From NCBI GenBank assembly GCA_049840895.1, contig JASGJB010000075.1, positions 44,816 through 108,815 on the forward strand: DNA of 64,000 nt. The letters run 5' to 3'. Below are positions 59,710 through 64,000 of the stretch, one piece after another (position 1 is the first letter of the stretch; each line of letters begins with the position of its first letter). The position numbers and the translations under genes were made by a program. The notes beneath the pieces were generated by a model. The model searched no databases, was not told the origin of the DNA, and was given only the letters and a program-made list of their open reading frames with translations. The stretch is from Nibricoccus sp. Its GTDB lineage: Bacteria; Verrucomicrobiota; Verrucomicrobiia; Opitutales; Opitutaceae.

Positions 59710-61557
59710 ATGCCCCGAAAGCCACCCTTGCCCAAGCAGGCCTCCTCCACGCCTTGGTCGGCTGCTGCATTGTGGGGAATCATGGTGCTGCTGGCTCTGG
59801 TGATCTACTGGCCGGCGCTGCGCGGAGGATTTATCTGGGATGACGATGCGCACGTGCCACGCGAGGAGTTGAGGACGCTCGGCGGGTTGTGGCGCATCTG
59901 GTTCGAGCGGGGGGCCGTGCCGCAATATTATCCGCTGCTGCATTCCGCGTTCTGGGTGCAGCAAAAACTCTGGGGCGCGATGCCGGCCGGGTACCACGTT
60001 GTGAATGTCCTGCTGCATGCCGGCGCGGCTGTGCTTTTCGCGACATTGCTTCGAAAGCTGGCGGTTCCGGGCGCGCGGATGGCGGCGTTTCTTTTTCTGC
60101 TGCATCCGGTGTGCGTGGAGTCGGTGGCATGGATCTCGGAGCTGAAGAACACGCTCTCGCTTGTGCTCTATCTTGCCGTGGCGCATGTCTATCTGCGGTT
60201 TCAGGAGAAACGTGCGGTGAAGGAGTACGTGGCGGCGGCCGGTCTTTTCGTGCTCGCGCTGCTTACGAAAACGACCACGGCGTCGCTGCCCGCTGCTCTG
60301 CTGGTCGTGTGCTGGTGGAAACAGGGGCGTCTGGAGTGGCGTCGCGATGTTGTGCCGCTGTTACCGTGGTTCGTGGCCGGTGCGGTGAGCGGGCTCTACA
60401 CGGCGCATCTGGAGCGCACGGTGATTGGCGCGGAAGGAGCGGATTTTGCCCTGGGGTTTGCGGACAGGCTGGTGCTCGCGGGACGGGTGTTCTGGTTTTA
60501 CTTCGGCAAGCTGCTCTGGCCGGCCGAACTGATTTTCTTTTACCCGCGGTGGACGATCGACGCCGGAGTCTGGTGGCAGTGGCTCTTCTTTGTGGCGGGG
60601 CTCGCGTTGCTGGGTGGATTGATCTGGTGGAGTCGTCGCTCGCGGTCGCCTCTTGCCGCAGTGCTCTTGTTTGGCGGATCGCTGTTTCCCGTGCTCGGTT
60701 TTTTCAACGTCTATCCCTTCCTGTTTTCGTACGTTGCCGACCACTTCCAGTACCTCGCGAGTCTTGGGGTTTTCGCGCTCATCGGCGCCGGGCTGGGACG
60801 CATGCGGAAACCATGGGCCGTAGCCGCGGGTGCCGGTTGTGCACTCGTGCTGGCGATTCTGTCGTTCCGGCAGGCGGGCATGTATCGCGACGAATTCACG
60901 CTCTATGAGACAACGCTTCAGCGAAACCCCGACTGCTGGATGGCGCACAATAATCTGGCCATCGCGCTCGTGGAGTCCGGCCGGGCCGAGAGGGCTCTGC
61001 TTCACTGCGAAGAGGCGCTGCGTTTGCGGCCGAATTACGCGAAGGGCGAGCACACCTACGGCAAGGCGCTCAATCACCTTGGACGTTTCCCGGAAGCAAT
61101 TCCTCCGCTCGAACGGGCGGTCGCGCTGAGTCCTGACTTCGCGTCCGCGCACAACGAACTGGGTGCGGCGCTCATGTGCACGGGAAAGACGACGGATGCT
61201 CTGGCGCATTTTGAAAAGGCAGTCCGCCTTAGTCCCGAATTGGGAATGGCTCGTCGCAATCTTGCGCTTGGTCTTGCGATGAGTGAACGAGGGGCCGAGG
61301 CCATTCCGCAGTTTGAGGAGGCCGTGCGTTTGCTCCCGGGCGAACTCGACGTGCGGCTGGAGCTGTCGCTCGCACTGGCGTCGGAGCGGCGCTATCAGGA
61401 GTCCATCGCGCAACTCGAGTCGGTGCTGTGTGTGCGTCCGGATTTTGCGGCGGCGCATCAGCAACTCGCGCTGGTGCTGCGCGAGCTCGGCCGCACTGCC
61501 GAGGCAGACCGGCACTATCGCGAAGCGATCCGTCTCGATCCTGCGATCGCTCGTTGA
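59710..61557 (+). CDS. TMTC-like GT-C glycosyltransferase with C-terminal TPR array
   Basis: GFIWDDD, YYPLLHS, YHVVNVLLH, HPVCVESVAWISELK, VADHFQYL, then about 6 TPRs (AHNNLA, AHNELG). Confidence 0.85.
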   Translation: MPRKPPLPKQASSTPWSAAALWGIMVLLALVIYWPALRGGFIWDDDAHVPREELRTLGGLWRIWFERGAVPQYYPLLHSAFWVQQKLWGAMPAGYHVVNVLLHAGAAVLFATLLRKLAVPGARMAAFLFLLHPVCVESVAWISELKNTLSLVLYLAVAHVYLRFQEKRAVKEYVAAAGLFVLALLTKTTTASLPAALLVVCWWKQGRLEWRRDVVPLLPWFVAGAVSGLYTAHLERTVIGAEGADFALGFADRLVLAGRVFWFYFGKLLWPAELIFFYPRWTIDAGVWWQWLFFVAGLALLGGLIWWSRRSRSPLAAVLLFGGSLFPVLGFFNVYPFLFSYVADHFQYLASLGVFALIGAGLGRMRKPWAVAAGAGCALVLAILSFRQAGMYRDEFTLYETTLQRNPDCWMAHNNLAIALVESGRAERALLHCEEALRLRPNYAKGEHTYGKALNHLGRFPEAIPPLERAVALSPDFASAHNELGAALMCTGKTTDALAHFEKAVRLSPELGMARRNLALGLAMSERGAEAIPQFEEAVRLLPGELDVRLELSLALASERRYQESIAQLESVLCVRPDFAAAHQQLALVLRELGRTAEADRHYREAIRLDPAIAR

Positions 61558-61571
61558 GGGCTTCAACGGGA

Positions 61572-61678
61572 GAGATCGTGCTGCGTACACGCCTGCCGGT
61601 TTATTCGTTTCGACTGCGTTTCGCCGCTGGAGCGGCGCGTCGCCGGCACGGTTCCGGGAGGGCGAGGTGAGCGAGTAA
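61572..61678 (+). pseudogene. Degenerate second copy of the 3' end of the AraC gene
   Basis: EIVLRT..VYSF/STAFRRWSGASPARFREGEVSE* versus EIAERT..VYSFSTAFRRWSGVPPARFRRGDAGE* (59442-59552). Confidence 0.8.
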
Positions 61679-61800
61679 TACGAACGAACCGATGATGCGG
61701 AGATTGTCTCCGTTTTGGGTGTCAGGCCATCTCGGCCCGAGCGACTTTTCACGGCTCTGTCATCGGACAGGGCCGCGCTGCTCATCACCTCGACCCCACT

Positions 61801-62523
61801 ATGAAAACGAGACGAATATTCCTGGCACACGCCCTGACATCAGTCGCCTTACTGGGCTCAACCCGCCTCTTCGCCGACGAGCCAGCCGGCGCACCATCGG
61901 TCAAGGAACCGCCGAAAGACAGAGTCCGTCCCACGCAGGATTTGAAAGTGGTCGCTGAGTTCGTGGCCGCAGCTCATCGCGATCTGGCGAAAGTGGAGGC
62001 GATGGTGGCGCAGGACGCCAAGTTGGTTCTGGCGTCGGTGGACACCGGCAATGCAGGGATCGGAGATTGGGAGACTGGTTTGAATGGGGCGGCGCACATG
62101 GGCCGGCGAGACATTGCCGAATTTCTTCTCTCAAAAGGCGCACGCATTGATACCTTCTGCTCAGCGATGCTGGGTTATCGGGAAAGCGTTCTAGGGCTTC
62201 TCAAAGTTCAGCCTGGAGCCGCGGTCGTGAAAGGTCCTCACGGGCTCACCTTGCTTTACCACGCGGCTATCGGTGGCGACGTTGCGATTGCTGAAGCGAT
62301 CAAGCCGCTGATTCCTGCGTCAGCGCCGGATTTTAATCAGGCGCTGACGGCGGCGGCGCGCGACGGCCGGCTTGAAATGACCGAGTGGCTTCTGACCAAT
62401 GGCGTCACAAACGTGAACGCTCCGGACGCGTTTCGAAAGACGCCGCTCAAAATTGCCCTCGATGCAGGTCATGCGAACGTCGCAGAGATCCTCCGGAAGC
62501 GTGGAGGAACGGAGAAGCTCTGA
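61801..62523 (+). CDS. Ankyrin-repeat protein with Tat-like signal peptide
   Basis: MKTRRIFL signal; ETGLNGAAHMG, LTLLYHAA, KTPLKIALDAGH. Confidence 0.82.
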   Translation: MKTRRIFLAHALTSVALLGSTRLFADEPAGAPSVKEPPKDRVRPTQDLKVVAEFVAAAHRDLAKVEAMVAQDAKLVLASVDTGNAGIGDWETGLNGAAHMGRRDIAEFLLSKGARIDTFCSAMLGYRESVLGLLKVQPGAAVVKGPHGLTLLYHAAIGGDVAIAEAIKPLIPASAPDFNQALTAAARDGRLEMTEWLLTNGVTNVNAPDAFRKTPLKIALDAGHANVAEILRKRGGTEKL

Positions 62524-62535
62524 GCGTCTGCCCGA

Positions 62536-64000
62536 TCACCGCTTGAATCTTTGGAGTGAAGCTTCGACGGCTTCGGTTCCTTTCGGCGGGCCTTCAGGGA
62601 ATCTGGCGCCGGCGGCGAGGAGCAATTCGGCAGTGGCAGGGTAGTCGCCGGTTCTGGCGTACCAGCCGTGCTCGGAGCCGTGGATGGCCCAGCCGAGTGG
62701 CGTGGCGTTGAAGGAGCGGTCGGTCTGCTCGAGCGGCGGGGAATATCTCAGGATTTCGCGCGTCATCTCTAGGTTTCCATGGAAGGCTGCCCAGTGCAGT
62801 GGAGTGCCGTCGTGTTCACCAGTGGCGTTCACGGGAAATCCTGCGGCGAGCATAACGCGGATGACATCGGTGCGGTTGTTGCGCGCGGCGAGCGCGACGT
62901 GGCGGCGGTCGTTTTCGGAAAGCGTGGAGATGAGCTGCGGATTTTGCGCGAGCAACTGGCGGACTTCGTTTTCGTCGGTCATCCAGCACGCAGCGAGGAA
63001 TCGAACGTCGCGGGGGCTTCGCTCCATCAGGAGTTGCACGATGTCGGCGTGGCCGAAATTACGTGCGACTTCGTGCGGCGAGATGAACCAGCCCAAGGTC
63101 CATTGGTAGATGGTGCCGCCCGAATGGTGATTGCGCTTGGGGAAATACTCATGGCTCACGCGCATGCGAATGCACTCGGGATCGGCGTCGAGGTGATGGC
63201 GCACGAGGGCGGCGTCGCCCAGCGCCGCGGCGAGGAGCAGGTCGGTGCGGCAGCCGCGTTGCACGAGGTAACGCGCCACGTCCTGACGATCGCGCACCCT
63301 GTATTGCGCGGGCGTGGACTCGTGATCCACGTCGAGTGCGTTGATGTCCGCGCCGTGTGCGAGCAGCAGTTCGGCGATGGCGATCGTGCTGGCGAAATGA
63401 AGCGGTGTCTGGCCGTCACCACCGCGTGCGTGAACGAGCTTAGGATCGGCCGAGAGAAGTGCGCGCAGTTTTTCTACCAGACCGAGACGAGCGGCGGCGT
63501 GCACGGTTAATTCGGCGCCACGCGAGAGCACGTAATGAGCGAGTTCGGGCTCGGCGGTGTCGATCAAGCTGAAGCCGCCCGCCCACCAACTGCTCCGGGC
63601 ATTGAGATTCGCGCCGGCTTCGAGGAGGACATCGAGCACTTCCTGACTGCGCGCCTGCGTGACCATAGGTGAGTTGAACGCCTCGACCGGTTCATCAATG
63701 CGCGCTTTCAGCGAAGGATGGCGAGCGAGCAATTGGCGGAGAAGCGTGGCGTCGTCCTCCGCAAAAGCCTGCCGCAGGAGATCCATTGGATCGCCATGAG
63801 CCACGAGTTTTTCAGCGACAAGCTCGCGGAGTTTCGGCCAGCTCGCGGCGCCGTATTCACGGGCGATCACGAGTTGAGCGTCGGACAGCGACCACGACTC
63901 TTCGCGCGCGTATTTTTCCGCGTGCGAGCCTTGCGGATGGTTTTCCTGGAAGCGTTTCAGTGCTGCGGGTTCGCCGGCTTTCAGCGCCGTGAGGAGTTCC
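62536..64000 (-). CDS. Ankyrin-repeat protein (5' end outside the window)
   Basis: The frame is open to the window edge (ELLTALKAG...LSDAQLVIAREYGAASW); GQTPLHFA, GTPLHWAAFHG, ATPLGWA. Confidence 0.88.
   Translation of the reverse strand, partial: ELLTALKAGEPAALKRFQENHPQGSHAEKYAREESWSLSDAQLVIAREYGAASWPKLRELVAEKLVAHGDPMDLLRQAFAEDDATLLRQLLARHPSLKARIDEPVEAFNSPMVTQARSQEVLDVLLEAGANLNARSSWWAGGFSLIDTAEPELAHYVLSRGAELTVHAAARLGLVEKLRALLSADPKLVHARGGDGQTPLHFASTIAIAELLLAHGADINALDVDHESTPAQYRVRDRQDVARYLVQRGCRTDLLLAAALGDAALVRHHLDADPECIRMRVSHEYFPKRNHHSGGTIYQWTLGWFISPHEVARNFGHADIVQLLMERSPRDVRFLAACWMTDENEVRQLLAQNPQLISTLSENDRRHVALAARNNRTDVIRVMLAAGFPVNATGEHDGTPLHWAAFHGNLEMTREILRYSPPLEQTDRSFNATPLGWAIHGSEHGWYARTGDYPATAELLLAAGARFPEGPPKGTEAVEASLQRFKR

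Noticed and set aside
61755-61786. TCATC pair with 22-bp period before the ankyrin gene
   Set aside because: Only a 5-nt exact match and too close to the start codon.

Overview
GC-rich (about 64% in core genes, by eye) bacterial chromosome segment. The protein families and gene order suggest Verrucomicrobiota, probably Opitutaceae; this is an inference. Left half (1-33.4 kb) is mostly housekeeping: a ROK protein, lspA, a DksA/TraR-family regulator, ileS, a multi-PAS hybrid kinase, hemY-hemE-hemF, a Zn/Mn ABC transporter, a D,D-carboxypeptidase, prfC, rnhB, a sigma54-type two-component pair, a GT-C/outer-membrane barrel/Wzc surface-glycan cluster and tRNA-Gly(GCC). Directly after the tRNA lies the most unusual part, a 13 kb lower-GC four-gene locus. 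A three-gene operon encodes a membrane-anchored TPR-like protein, a 1217-aa exported protein with a DUF1598-like core, and a TPR-CHAT caspase-like protease. It converges on a 1289-aa alpha/beta-hydrolase + CHAT fusion. Both CHAT domains keep their His/Cys dyads and the hydrolase keeps its triad motifs; I read this as a candidate envelope-sensing protease-cascade conflict/defence system. The right part is accessory: EmrAB-type efflux + LysR, LytS/LytTR with a 21-bp-period direct-repeat site, GH43/GH127/AraC, a TMTC-like glycosyltransferase flanked by a duplicated AraC 3' end, and ankyrin proteins. About a dozen single-base indels or stops disrupt otherwise intact conserved genes (ileS, hemY, prfC, dksA, the sigma54 regulator), most likely sequencing errors. 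No CRISPR array, rRNA, integrase or transposase was seen. All family calls are from motif recognition without database searches.
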